From Anas platyrhynchos (Eukaryota), in assembly GCF_047663525.1 (NCBI RefSeq), contig NC_092619.1, positions 4,629,441-4,693,440 of the forward strand: a stretch of DNA of 64,000 nt. The letters run 5' to 3'. The position numbers and the translations under genes were made by a program. Shown here one piece after another: positions 14,172 to 26,300 of the stretch. Every line of letters begins with the position of its first letter. Within the stretch, counting starts at the first letter, position 1. Under the pieces are notes generated by a model. It ran no database searches. It worked only from the letters and a program-made list of their open reading frames with translations, and was not told where the DNA came from.

Positions 14172-14624
14172 AGAAATGTGTGTGGCACTATGGTAGTATT
14201 CTGTGTTCTCATGGAAGAGGATTTTAGTGTGTTTCTCAATACAACGGAAAATTTGTGGAAAAAAAGTCCTTTTCCTTAAAAATCTTTTTATTGAATACGT
14301 TATTAAACACTACTTCTTCCCATCCACTCCCTCTGAATTCCAAAGTGGTTGATTGTTGTCTTTCCCCACTTAATCATTTTCACTCAAATATTTAGCCTTT
14401 GATGGGGGAAGGGAAAAAACCTTCCCTATAAAATTTATAGATTTATTTGATTTAAAAAGTTACCAAAATTCAGATTTTTTTTTTTATTTGTTTTGGTCAG
14501 TGAAGGCATTCAGCATGTGGAAATTCAGCATGAGGATTTAAATACGGAGAGTTTCTGTATTGTTTATAATGATACAGATTTGTTCCGTCTCTTTTATCAT
14601 TGGCATTTGGATGGATATCAAGTT

Positions 14625-14630
14625 AATAAA
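14625..14630 (+). other. ACADM: candidate ACADM polyadenylation signal AATAAA (alternatives: ATTAAA at 14302-14307, AATAAA at 14725-14730)
   Basis: Canonical hexamers in the AT-rich 3' UTR downstream of the stop. Which one is used cannot be told from sequence alone. Confidence 0.35.
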
Positions 14631-17619
14631 TCTCAGGGAAATAGTTACTTACAAATGCTATTCTAATTCCTCAGGAATACCATGTTGCAGCAGATTGTCT
14701 CTAGGTCACCTAGAGCTAGCTGAAAATAAATACGCTAACATGTTGGTTTTGTTGGCCTTTAGAAATTCATATTTAAAAAAAAAAAAAAAGAATATTAATT
14801 TCTGAACCATTCGAAAGCATGTATTATCATGAAATAGAACACACTGCACTATTATTTTTCTCAAACAGAGACAGGATTACTATTTGTAGTTTGTCTATAT
14901 TTTATGTGTGTCCCTGAAGCAATATGAACAAAACCTACTTCTTGTTTTCAAAAGACACAGCATAATAGGGCTTATTTTCAATTTCTTAACCACGTTATTC
15001 ACCTAAATCCAGCACTGAAAAAAATGTCATTGAAAGCCTTTATCTCTGTTCTTCAAAGAAACCTGTTGTGTTCATGAAGAAAATACTTGTGCCTTCTCCT
15101 GTGCAAGACGTCTGCGTTACAGTTGGGTGTTATGGATAGCTTTTGGTAAAAATAATTATGTGGTTTTGTTATAGCATAAATAAGAATGATTGTTCAATTT
15201 TTAACTTTTTAATTTTAACCAATGCCACATAAAATAACCTCTAGGAAACATTGCCATATTTTCATTTATAATGTATCTATTCTAAATTTGAACATTACTC
15301 CAAAAATCCAAGTACAAAAAGGGCAAGAAACGAGAACCTCACAACACAATGTTTTTTCACTGTAAAGTTAGATGATCAAAATGTTATTTCTGACAGCCAT
15401 TGCTGCATTCAAATAAAAACTCATTTTAAACAGAGAGGCGTGGTGGTTTTTATTCATTTTGTTTGCCACATCATTTAAATTGTATTTTGCATAAGTTGTC
15501 CAGCTTCTGAAACAGACAAATAGCTGCACCTCAGTTCCTCCTGTGCTACTGCCCACGACAGCTGCGTGGCTGTTGCGGTTCAGCAGTGTGAAGGCTTTGC
15601 CTGCATGAAGACTGTTCTGAGGACTAAGATCCAACCCAGCAGTGACGGTATGCGGCTTGAAGGAAAGCAGCCTCTCTGACTGGTGCACTTGCTTAAGTAA
15701 ATGTTCAGTCACGATGATTCACTTCAAGTCAAAGTGAAACTTTTCCTTAAGAATGACTTATGTGATCATTTTTATTTCAGATTCAATGTATTTAAAGGTA
15801 TATTCCTTTCCATCAGTGTATGCACTTAACTGTTTGCAGCAGGAACAGCCAAGGAAGAGGAATTTTTGAGAATTTTGTGTTTTGTTTTGGAATTTGGCTA
15901 GGCTCTGCTGGGCAGTGCTGGCAGAACGCGTGTTCCCTGGATGTCTTGGAAAAATTACTCAGCCACATCTGGAGTGCCATATCCAGCTCTGGGCTCCCCA
16001 GCATAAGAGAGAGATGGAGCTACAGGAGACAGTCAAAGGGCCGCTAAATGACAGACAGATGGGACAGCTGCACTGAAGGAACAGATGACAGATTCTGGTA
16101 TTTGTCACATCACGTCACAGTGAGAGTGGTGGGATAAATGCCAACACAGGTCAGATGTTTGTTTTCTGTATAGTCAGTGCTGTCCAGGTAAATTGCAGAA
16201 AAGCAATTTCTAATCAATGGTTTTGATGATTGCAAATTTAAAAAACAAGTACTCTTGGGTAGCAATAACAAAAACTATTTCAGTATGTTACTTAAAAACA
16301 AACACTAATGGACAGACCTTCAGGAGTTAGTCCTATCACTTTCTAAAATAAATAAATCAAATTATAGAATGATGTGCTTTAAAGTTCATAATGGTGACTT
16401 TGCACTCCTGATAAATTTTATAATACTCTGGCTACAGGTTCTCCTGGAACTTCAAATGATTTCCTTTGGATTTTTAAAATTCTCTGCACATTCAGGTGAA
16501 AGCCCAGAAAATGAGTACTGTTTTAATTTTTATATATCTATGCATATATGCATGTGTCTATATAGATGCACATATTACTGTATTTTATAATATTTAATTA
16601 CTTGGTATTTATATAAGCTATGCATTTATGTAATATGTATGATTCAAGTGCAGTACATCTACATTTTAGTACTATACAAAGGAAATATGGTAGGAACCAG
16701 TTCTTGTTCTCAGATCTGCTTTTACGTTAAAAATAAAATGCTCATCAGACTGGTATCATTTTTTCTTTTCTTTTTTCTTTTTTTTTTTATCTGGCTTGTG
16801 GCTTTTTCTTCCCCCTGAGAAAAAGGATTTAATCTCAGTCTTATTTTTTCACCATAGTGACTAGCATTATAAATTTAACTTATAACCATCTATTATGCCT
16901 TTTTTTCCTGTTCCTTCTCATGCAAACCATGGTGGAAAACAATACTCAAAAGCTTCTAAAAAATTGCTTGATTACTTGCACCTCCAGTCCCATCTCATGG
17001 AAGAAATGTTTAAATGGTGTTACAAAAAATAAGATAGTATCCTGGTTTCGGAAGAAAGTATATAGGAATTAAGGTATTGGATTTGAAACCTTTAGGGCAG
17101 AAGAATATTGCTTTCTTGGATCCCTGATGAGTGTTGACATGTATTATCTTATCTAAAGTAGATGTTTATCACCGGTTAAGCTCTAGAATTACTCAGAGAC
17201 CCAGGAAGCTGAAGTTTCTTTAGGTTCCAACCTTTGAGCTTCTCAGAGCTGTCCAGTTGAATTCCTTTCCCAAATTCTAATCCAGCACTAGGAGGCAGGG
17301 GTACACTGTAAGGTCGTTTACATTGATGTATTAGAGATGTGTAGTTCTTGGATTAATGACTGATGGTACTAGGAAATACTTCTACGATAACTGAATATAG
17401 CTTTAGAGACACGAAGTTGAAAAGTGTTAGCAAATGCTAATGATCGTAAAGTCTCGTGGTAAATTTAAGCAGCTTGTCTTGTGCACGTTCTTAGTCCAAA
17501 AACACCATTTAGTTTCCTGTATGTATAAAGGGCCTTGTCACATTGAGAGAGGGAGTTAGGAGAATACAATAAATCACTAACCTTTTAGAAAAGAATTTAC
17601 TAACTTTTAGAAAAGGGGG

Positions 17620-18170
17620 GAACTGGGAGAGGAAGCTAGGTGAATCTTATCAAGTAGAGATAAAGTGATAGCATGAAACTAGGATGCTCAAATTAATTAA
17701 AGCAAGAAGCCTTGGGCCCCAAGGTCAGTCTCCTAATAAGAGTGTGAGCCTATCTTAAGAAACTGGTCCTGCGGATGGACAAGAGCCAAGGAGCAACTGA
17801 GTCTGCACAGAGACAAGAGGTCAACGAGCGGTGACGAGGAAGAGTCATCAATCTTCATCCCCATGACCCCCAATGACCACCACCAGAATACACTGCGCAA
17901 GCGCAGATGGGAGGAGTTTATGGAAATGACTCCTTGGAACTAATTTTAATATGGAGCGGGACAGGTTATGAATATGTATAGGCGTATTGTGAAACTTCAT
18001 GCATATGTAACACTTTACTGCATAAAACCAAGACAAGTTGCTGCGTCAGGTGCACACAACTTTGGCAGGACTACCCCCTGTGCTGCCCAGCGCTGAATAA
18101 ACATACCTACTTTACAATCTTACTGATTGTGGAGTCCGTTTTCCGCAAGTCAACATCTTCCAGGTAAGTG
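17620..18170. mobile_element. LTR-like repeat copy A (preceded by polypurine tract aaaaggggggaa; contains TATA-like and AATAAA signals)
   Basis: About 75% identical to the block at 21440-21690 over at least 200 bp, including gctgcccagcgctgaataaacatacc versus cacccagtgctgcaataaacatacc. No gag, pol or env ORFs lie between the copies. Confidence 0.3.
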
Positions 18171-21100
18171 TACCAGAATAATTGCAGAATTGCAAAATCC
18201 AACAATCAAAATCATGTTCTTGAATCAGTTTGATTAAAACCTGCTTTAGCTCAGGGTTTTAGGCTGGGTGTAGCTTTTATGGTTTAGCTTCCAGGTTTAA
18301 GTGTACCAAAGAAAATCTGCAGCTCTAGTCAGTCTTGCTTTAAAAACAACAATTGTTTCTACTTCTGCCCAGATACCAGAGAGAACCCAAATATTTAAGG
18401 CTGATCAAGAATTCCAGTATTTTGAGAATCTACTGCCCTGCAATTATCAAGTGGGGCACTACAGATAAATGTTAAAATTGTATAGCTATTTACAGATTAC
18501 CACTAGTTGAACTGATTTGCATATATATAGCTATACATAAACTGAAAATGATTTGTTCACTGTTACGTGTAGTAAAGATCCAGATCGCTTGAGCTGTAGT
18601 GTGCACTTTGTGAATGAGGAGATAATCCGTCAGCTGGAAAAGAAAACAGTACAGAGGCATCTTTTTGGTTAATTTTTATCATTGTGTAAAACCTAGTATT
18701 CTAGCATTTTGTTCTGTATTTTCAATAGAGATTTAAAGGTGGTTTTGTTGATGCTGACAAAACTAATCTTTATTTCGTTCCCTGCAATTTACATTCTCGG
18801 AGAAATACATACAAGATTTTCATGTGCTGTACTTCTAGCAAGCCCTAAATCACTTGCACAAGCACAGTCTTCTCATTCGTATTGCTGAAGCTTGTGTATT
18901 TAATGAGGGTGATAGAATACAAAGGAACTTGATGTACCTTAGTTGCATTTCTGATTGCAGGGGAAAGTAAATGCTACTGATGTGGGGAAGGCCATATAAT
19001 TAATTTTGTCCTGTATGAAGGAATTTATTGTAGGCAGAATTCTGAATTGTGTGCAAGTCAGGTGAGTTTTTCTTTACATGGAGATGCTTTAAATAAGCAG
19101 TTACTGCATACTACCTCTAAATGTTCCTTTCCAACTTCTACAAGTAATACCATTTAATCATCAACTATTCTCATTATAATAGTAAAAATCACGCTCTAGG
19201 CTGTGAGACCCCAGCCCGACCAGGAATCCTTCCACTCTGAAGATGTGCAGAATGATTCTGTCATGTTAGCTTTATAATCATGTAAGCAGTCAGAGGCTGG
19301 GGGATTGTAAAAACATAAAGGTATTGATAAGAGATTGTATAAAGGGTGACGCAGAAAATCCGTAGGTGTGCCAGCCTTGTGGAAAACCACGTGGTACTAA
19401 ACAATAACAATATCTCAACCTAGTGTGTCGATTGGCTTATTGTATGTTGGGTAATGAATCCAAACTTTTTATCAGACAACAGAAGCAGCCCCCAGGGTAT
19501 TCATAGTCCCTTGCTCCACAAACAAGAAGTGCAGAAGCAGTTTTACCATTCACACCTCTATTTGCTCATGGGCTCTTCCTCATTCCAGAGAATTATCTGA
19601 TAATTGTGTTTGCTCAAGTTTAGCCCAGTACAGTCAGCAAGATGACTCAGGGAGGAGGCAGTATGGCATTGACACTCAAAAAAGGTATGTGCAGTCATTT
19701 TCAAATTTGGAAAGCTAAGAAACAAGTTTTCACAGAAAAAATACACAAGAGATGGTCACTATTCTACAAGTCATAGACTTCAGTCTGGTATTCTCAGACA
19801 GCTCTCTTGCTGCTTCCTTCATAATATGAGACCATCACATTTCCAAAATACTCTTTTCTGCTACTTAGAATACTTTGCTCCAGTTATATTGCAAAGAGCT
19901 CTTACCCTTGGCAACAACTAGCCTCATAGTTGCCAAAGCTCTAATTGTATATAATTTGCATTATAAGAAACAGTTACTAATTTTGCTCAAGTTGCCTTTT
20001 GCCACTAAGGAGAATTAGGAGTACTTTCACAGGTGAAGGAAGGGGAAATGAAAAAAAAAAAAAAAAAAAAAATGGGATATGCCTTTTTGCATGTATCCCA
20101 AAATGAAGAGTCAGGATTCATATGCTGGAACTTCAATTACCTTTCAAGAAACTGGGGATCCAGAAGCTGGATGATTAGGTTTTAAGTAGCTGAGGGTACT
20201 TACTCCAATAAAAGACAAGTCTGTGGGAAAAAAAAAAAAAAAAATGCATTTTCTTCATGAAGAGAATACCACGAAATTGGGAATCTTAATACTTTCCAGA
20301 AATCTTGTGGTAAGGATTTGGTCCTAAATCTTGAGAAATTATAGGATCCTGAGACAGTAAGTCAACTCCAAGAACTACAGGAGAGGATGTGAATGTTATC
20401 ACCTGTCATTAAGAAGCAAATACCCCAACCGATGTGGTGACAGCAGCAGCAAGAGGAGAGGACGCACAAGCAGGCAGAACTGTCTGTCAAAGTCAAGTGC
20501 AGGAAGAAAGGGCAGAGCTGGAACCTGTAAAGACAGGGTGATAGAGGACAGATGATGTAATAAGGGAGAGGATGAGTTGAAAACAGTCAAGGAAGTGGAG
20601 AGCATCAAGAAAGGAGTTATTTCATGCAGTGGAAAGAAATTGCCAACAGGACAGAAAGCAATCTTTCCATTTTGGAAAGAACCTTTTAGCAAAGCGGTGC
20701 TCCCCAGCCCACTATTTGGCCATCATCCTGCAAAACAGTATTATATTTTTTGGATTTTCACACCTCCTTAGGCATAATGTACTGATTCTTCACTGTTTTT
20801 CATTCCTGCATAGAGTCATTTTTAAACATATAAAGTGTTGGAGAATATCAGAACTCCAAGCGCGTAATAACACATGTAGGATTTCAGAGCTTTATTAATT
20901 TAATAAGAAGCTTTATTAACAGTAATCAGAGGGAAAGAATGGCAGCATCTCTCTCTTGTGTTCTCTACCCGATTGCAGAGACCCGATTTACACACTGTTT
21001 CAAAGAAAGGAAAGAGGTAAGGAAAAAACATTATAACATTAACAAAGTCAAGTGTGCTTTCCTGGGAAGGATGGATGCCAGAATATCATTTAGATCTTAA

Positions 21101-21439
21101 GAAGAAGGAAGTACCCATTCCTGGAAGGGGTGGACTCCTTAAGCATCTTGTTAACTGCCACAATTGACGCCCTGGTTAGACATGTAGGAGTGTCAAACCC
21201 AGTATTATTAGCTCAGAAAACAGGAATAATCAAACTGCTAGGTTTTGGTTGAAAGCAATGTTCTTTTTGCTAGGTGAACTTCTTCATCAGGCATCTTATA
21301 TCTTAAATATTGGTGTTTTGTTGTTGTTTTTGTTTTATTTTGTTTTCCCACCACACAGGGACTCCATTTTTAGGACACATTTCAATTCTGAAATGTTCAT
21401 TTAGAAGCCAGCCTGGAGTTTTTGTGTCACAGGCACTGC

Positions 21440-21690
21440 AGAGCCTGCAGGGTGTTAAACGAGGTGCAGAGTGTGCCTCCTGCAGCCACCGCAGCCCACG
21501 CCAGCACATATCCCAGTGACAGTGTCCCAGAGGGGGTGAAGTGAGATTAATATGTATATATTCCATTAATATAAGTACCCTAGCAGTAACCCTTGGTGTG
21601 CAAGCTAGGAGGAGCAATCCCTCTTGCACCCAGTGCTGCAATAAACATACCGGCTTTATAACTCTCCTCAAGTTGTAAAGTTTGATTTCT
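21440..21690. mobile_element. LTR-like repeat copy B (truncated by or abutting the CR1 at 21690)
   Basis: Same evidence as for copy A. Confidence 0.3.
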
Positions 21691-22575
21691 GTACCTCACA
21701 GCTGATACAACAGAAGTAAGGGAAACCCTCCAAAGGGACCTGGGAAAAAGTTTGGGAAGTGGCCCCTCATAAACATAATGAGGTTCAACAAGTCCAAGTG
21801 CAAGGTGCTACACCTGGGTCAGGGCAGTCCGAGACATAAGGACAGACTGGGAGAAGAACTCATTGAGAGCAGCCCTGCAGAGAAGGACTTGAGGGTTCTG
21901 GTGGATGGAAAGCCTGCCATGAGCCAGCAGTTTGTGCTTGCAGCCCAGAAGGCCAACTGCATCCTGGGCTGCATCAACAGAAGAATGGGCAGCAGGTGGA
22001 GGGAGGGGATTGTCCCCCTCTGCTCCACCCTTGGGAGGCCACATAGCATCATTAAGGTTGGAAAAGTACACACTTGAAGTATTGCATCCATATCCAGCAA
22101 CACCAACACAAAAAGGATGTTGATCTGTTAGAGTAGGTCCAGAAGAGGGCCACAAAGATGATCAAGGGGCTTCTTCTCCTATGAAGACAGGCTGAGAGAG
22201 CAGGGGTTGTTCAGCCTGGAGAAGGCTCTAGGGAGACCTCATTGCAGCCTTTCAATACTCAAAGGGGACTGATGAATTAATGGAGAGCAACTTTTTACAT
22301 GAACAAATAATGATAGTACACTGGCGGATGGTTTTAAACTAAAAGAGAGGAGATTTAGATATTAGGAGGAAATTCTTCATTCAGAGGGTAGTGAGGTACT
22401 GGGACAGGTTGTGCAGAGAAGTGGATGCCCCATCCCTGGAGATGTTCAAAGACCAAGTTGGACAAGGCCCTGGTCAACCTGATCTAATGGGTGGCATCCC
22501 TGCCCATGGCAGGTGGATTGGAACTGGATGATCTTTAAGGTTCCTTCCAACCCAAGGCATTCTATGTTCCCTCAA
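21690..22575 (+). mobile_element. CR1 3' portion (RT C-terminus to 3' terminus)
   Basis: [74 protein letters not shown]... Ends ...gatctttaaggttccttccaacccaaggcattctatg. Confidence 0.85.
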
Positions 22576-23900
22576 GTACCTGGCACGGCTCCTCTGTCCA
22601 CCTGGAACCCCTCCCCAGACTCCAGGCCCCTTACCCACTTCAAAGGTCACCCATTGACTAGCTGATCCAGCTTGAAGCTCACTGCAAATGCACACTCATC
22701 CCTCATGCATGCCACAGTCACAAGTGTCCCTGGGCATAGCAGCATGATTCCCTGATTCCCACCTGATTCCCTGGCCTGACACCTCAGCCCAGACCCAAGG
22801 CCCCCATTACTCGCTGGCTTGTCCAGCTTAAAGTTTGCAGGTGAATGCACGTGTACACCCCATGCAGGCCAGTTTGGTGAAGATGCAGATGCTCAGGCCC
22901 CCCAGCAGCCAGCACCAGGCTGTGACCCATGGCCCTGATCCAGCTGCTGGTGCAGAGCCTGCACTCACCTCACACCAGTTGCCCCCAGCAGCTCTTTGGG
23001 AGCACACAATGCTCACTCCCCATGGCTGGGAGGAGAAGACCCCCCACTCACTCCAGCAGCTGATGCCAGGACCCCACTGGACCCAGTAGGTGGCACCACA
23101 GGCCAGGTGCCCACTCCTCCAGTCAGACTGGCACACAGTCCACTCAAACAAACACACACAAACACCCCTGAGTTAAAAGCAAAATAATGAGAAAGAAGTA
23201 GATAGGACAGACTGCGGTGATCAGATGCAAAGCAGACAAGTGTACATCCCATTTTGCCTGTGAACCACCATTTTACACTTTTTCTGCCTGCCCCCCCTAT
23301 GTTCCTCCTGCTTCCTTTTCAACTTGCACTTCCCACATGGGTTTGCAGTGCTCTGCAGTTTCCTGTATCCCTCACAGTCCAAGGTCTCCCTGGTTTACAG
23401 TCTTATCTGTTGCAAAGTCCATGTTGATCCGCCTAGAAGTATTTTGATAGCTCATCAACTAGTGTGACTGAGAGTGATTTTTTTTTTTTCTTGTCATTGT
23501 CTCCATGTTTGTTTTGTCAGGTCTTTGCCTTAGCATTTTGCATATTGTTCCCCTTTCTTTTCTTATCAGCCTGATCCAGAAATCCTCACTCAGAAACCAT
23601 TGCTTGAATCAACAGTCCCACATCCTGTCTCTTCTCTTATTTATTACAACTGTACAGGTTTGTTTCTGGTCAGTCTACTAACTTAAAAGTCCTTGATCAA
23701 GATAAACCTGCTGGAATAAACCTTCCACATTCTCACATGCCCTTACCAATCAGTGTGACCAGACACCAGAGATACTGAAGGGAAGCAACAGAAGGGTAAT
23801 CCTTGCAGGTCCGGCCAAGACTACACAGGGTTACACTGACAACTGCAGCAACTCTGATCCTGCAACTCCCTTCCAGAGAAGTGGGACTGTAAAACTTAGC

Positions 23901-24257
23901 ATGCCAAGGCAATATAGACCTATCTCTACAAGATACCTTAAAGGAGGCTGTAGTGAGGTGGGGGTTGGCCTGTTCTCCCACGTGCCTGGTGACAGGACGA
24001 GGGGGAATGGGCTTAAGTTGCACCAGGGGAGTTTTAGGTTGGATCTTAGGAAGAACTTCTTTACCGAAAGGGTTGTGAGGCACTGGAACAGGCTGCCCAG
24101 GGAAGTGGTGGAGTCACCATCCCTGGAAGTCTTTAAAAAACGTTTAGATGTAGAGCTTAGGGATATGGTTTAGTGGGGACTGTTAGCGTTAGGTCAGAGG
24201 TTGGACTCGATGATCTTGAGGTCTCTTCCAACCTAGAAATTCTGTGATTCTGTAAGA
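23901..24257 (+). mobile_element. CR1 3' fragment (ORF2 C-terminus plus 3' UTR)
   Basis: ORF ...[56 protein letters not shown]. 3' end reads ggttggactcgatgatcttgaggtctcttccaacctagaaattctgtgattctgt. Confidence 0.85.
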
Positions 24258-24539
24258 CCCTTTAAAGGTACTTAGCAGCAGTACTAAGTATGCTCCATGA
24301 GTGCATCCTTCCCAGGAGATGAAACAAATGGCTGAGAATTGTTGTGTAAGAAGAGATGATGAACTTCTTTCTGGTTCTTTAAGTGGGAGAATGTCAGATT
24401 ATGTGATAAAAGCTCATCTACCCAGCCACAAAGGAACACAGAAGCATGATGACAGGTGGTCATACCCTGCAAAACACACTCTGATGTCACTGCCCCCAAC
24501 CCCACCATCACTTTGACTTTACAGCTGCAATCTATTTGC

Positions 24540-24545
24540 TTTATT
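24540..24545 (-). other. MVP: MVP polyadenylation signal (AATAAA on - strand), about 90 nt after the stop
   Basis: The + strand reads tttatt at 24540-24545, i.e. AATAAA on the coding strand, downstream of the TGA at 24637..24635. Confidence 0.55.
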
Positions 24546-24634
24546 CTGAGAAAAGGAAACACATGAAGAGGGATGGGAGGTTCCAGCTGCTCAGGACACC
24601 CAGGTCTCTGGGGAAGGCCCAAATGCCTGGGTCC

Positions 24635-24778
24635 TCAGAGGGCAGAGGCTTGGGAATTGGAGTTTTCTGGAGGAGCTGCCAGGCCCAGCAGCCCCCGGGC
24701 GGTGGTAAAGAGGTTGAGGGGTGCAGCACCATCGGTGATGAGGGTCGACTGGAGTCCCAGGCCTTGCAGCAGCTTCAC
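24635..24778 (-). CDS. MVP: MVP coding exon 16, terminal ([47 protein letters not shown])
   Basis: Acceptor ...tctccag on the - strand; stop TGA at 24637..24635. Matches the human MVP C-terminal motif [32 protein letters not shown]. Confidence 0.85.
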   Translation of the reverse strand: MKLLQGLGLQSTLITDGAAPLNLFTTARGLLGLAAPPENSNSQASAL

Positions 24779-25121
24779 CTGGAGATGGGCACAGTGCTGG
24801 TCATCCCTCCCAGCACACCACAACCCTGGCAGACCATACCCCCTCCGGCAAGTCCAAGCAGGCACTGCCTCCTGGAAGCCCTGTCCTCCTTGAGCCGCTT
24901 CCCCACTCAGACCTGCCCCATGGAGACCCCGCCCCATGGAGACCCCTACCAACAGCCTGCCCCCTGAGGCTCAACACCCACAAAGCCCCACCCGCTCCCA
25001 TGGATCCAACCCCCCCAAGCCAGAGCCCAGCCTCTGCAGCCTCCACCCCTCCAAGAGCCCATACCTGATGCCACGCCTCCCACCAAATGGCCACACCCCT
25101 CTTAGGCCACGCCCTACTCAC

Positions 25122-25310
25122 CTGCAGCTCAGGCCCAGCCCGGGCGATGTCCCGAATGGTGTCGGGACCCAGGGCCTTGGCCACCTCCCGCACCCGCGAG
25201 GCCTCCACATCCGCCAGCGCCTGTGCCCGTGCCGCCTCCACCTCCGCCCGCGCCCGCTGCGCCTGCACCTCCTGCGCCTGCACCTGCTCCAGCCGCTTCA
25301 GCTCCGCCTC
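25122..25310 (-). CDS. MVP: MVP exon 15 (EAELKRLEQVQAQEVQAQRARAEVEAARAQALADVEASRVREVAKALGPDTIRDIARAGPELQ)
   Basis: Acceptor ccacccccag; donor GTGAGT on the - strand. Length 189 nt. Matches the human coiled-coil / IRDLAVAGPEMQ region. Confidence 0.85.
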
Positions 25311-25424
25311 CTGGGGGTGGAGAATGCATAGGGCCCGCCCCTTTTGCTCACAGACACGCCCACCCGCCACAGGCCCCTCCCACTGAGCCCACAGGCATGC
25401 TGCTCATTGGTTAAATGCCCCATC

Positions 25425-25545
25425 AATGGGCCCCGCCCCCTCCCTTCAGGCCCCACCCCCTTCCCTTCAGGCACCGCCCCCCTCCATTCAGGCCCCGCCC
25501 CCCTCCCTTCAGGCCCCGCCCCCCTCCCTCCAGGCCCCGCCCCCC
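25425..25545. repeat. 22-bp tandem repeat (CCCCGCCCCCCTCCCTTCAGG), about 5.5 copies, in MVP intron 14; G-rich on the transcribed strand
   Basis: Near-perfect copies are visible. The transcribed (-) strand reads CCTGAAGGGAGGGGGGCGGGG per unit. Confidence 0.8.
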
Positions 25546-25551
25546 ACGCAC

Positions 25552-25678
25552 CGTCTCTATGGCGATAGCCTCAGCCTTGAGCTTGGCCTGGAGGATGGCC
25601 GCTTCGCCCTCGATGCGGGCAGCCTCTGCTCGGGCCTGAGCCTCTGCGCGTGCCACCCCCGCGCTCTCCACCGCTGCG
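25552..25678 (-). CDS. MVP: MVP exon 14 ([43 protein letters not shown])
   Basis: Acceptor ccccacag; donor GTGCGT. Enters in phase 2. Matches human [42 protein letters not shown]. Confidence 0.85.
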
Positions 25679-25974
25679 CTGTGGGGCTGCGTCACACACC
25701 GCGCCCGCCACGGGCCGCACCCCCTCCCACCACGCCTTCCGCCCCCAGCCCCACACCTCCGCCCCAGTGCCCTCGGGAAGATGGAGGACCACAGGACCAC
25801 CCTTGGGAAGCTGCAGAGCCCCAGCACACTGTGGGGGGATGGAGGGCCCCGGTACACCCAAACCCACTGAGGAAGACCTCAGTACTTGCTGGGAAGGTGG
25901 AAGACCCCGGTGCCTGTGGGCAAGCAGAAGCCCTCAGAGCCCCCAGGGCAGTGCATAACGAGGACATGGCTGAC

Positions 25975-26091
25975 CTGAGAGCCTCGAGCTCCAGCAGTTC
26001 TCTGCGTGCCCGCTCAGCCTCAGCCTGGTCAAGGAGGCGCTGTCGTTCCAGGCGTCCTCGGGCCTCCTGCGCTAGGCGCTCTGCCTCATGC
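25975..26091 (-). CDS. MVP: MVP exon 13 ([39 protein letters not shown])
   Basis: Acceptor tgtcaacag at 26094..26092; donor GTCAGC. Phase 2 in and phase 2 out. Matches human [40 protein letters not shown]. Confidence 0.85.
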
Positions 26092-26104
26092 CTGTTGACA
26101 GAGA

Positions 26105-26300
26105 CCAAGGGATGCGAGATGCATCCCTTTGTTAGGCATTGGAATGGGCTGCACAGGGAAGCGGTGGAGTCACCATCCCTGGAGGTCTTTAAAAGACGTT
26201 TAGATGTAGAGCTCAGGGATATGGTTTAGTGGGGACTGTTAGTGTTAGGTCAGGGGTTGGACTCGATGATCTTGAGGTCTCTTCCAATCTAGACAATTCT
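26105..26300 (+). mobile_element. CR1 3' terminal fragment abutting the MVP exon 13 acceptor
   Basis: ...[30 protein letters not shown] ; ggttggactcgatgatcttgaggtctcttccaatctaga. Near-identical to the copy at 23901-24257. Confidence 0.8.

Noticed and set aside
15000-21300. Expected RABGGTB exons downstream of ACADM, as in human
   Set aside because: No RABGGTB-like sequence was noticed in the ORF track, which reports only ORFs of at least 60 aa, or in the stretches read by eye. Small exons could be missed without an alignment tool, so I treated the region as intergenic with low certainty.
21440-21700. Possibility that the LTR-like copy B is simply the upstream part of the adjacent CR1
   Set aside because: Partial translation of 21650-21700 fits CR1 RT (KFDF...TADTTE versus KFADDTKL...AVDTPEG), so the CR1 may start near 21650. 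But 21440-21640 aligns to copy A at 17900-18100, which has no CR1 context, so I kept the two as separate elements with low confidence.
22570-23160. Pair of roughly 150-bp direct repeats (ccagcttgaagctcactgcaaatgcacac... / ccagcttaaagtttgcaggtgaatgcacgtg...) in GC-rich sequence
   Set aside because: The similarity is real but unclassified. No coding or structural RNA signal was found. It is probably a local duplication within an unclassified repeat.
25426-26229. 267-aa + strand ORF with [10 protein letters not shown] repeats, plus many other 60-200-aa ORFs on both strands between 24.5 and 40.5 kb
   Set aside because: They translate GC-rich minisatellites or the antisense of MVP exons. Stop-codon paucity in GC-rich DNA explains them, and none has homology or splice support.
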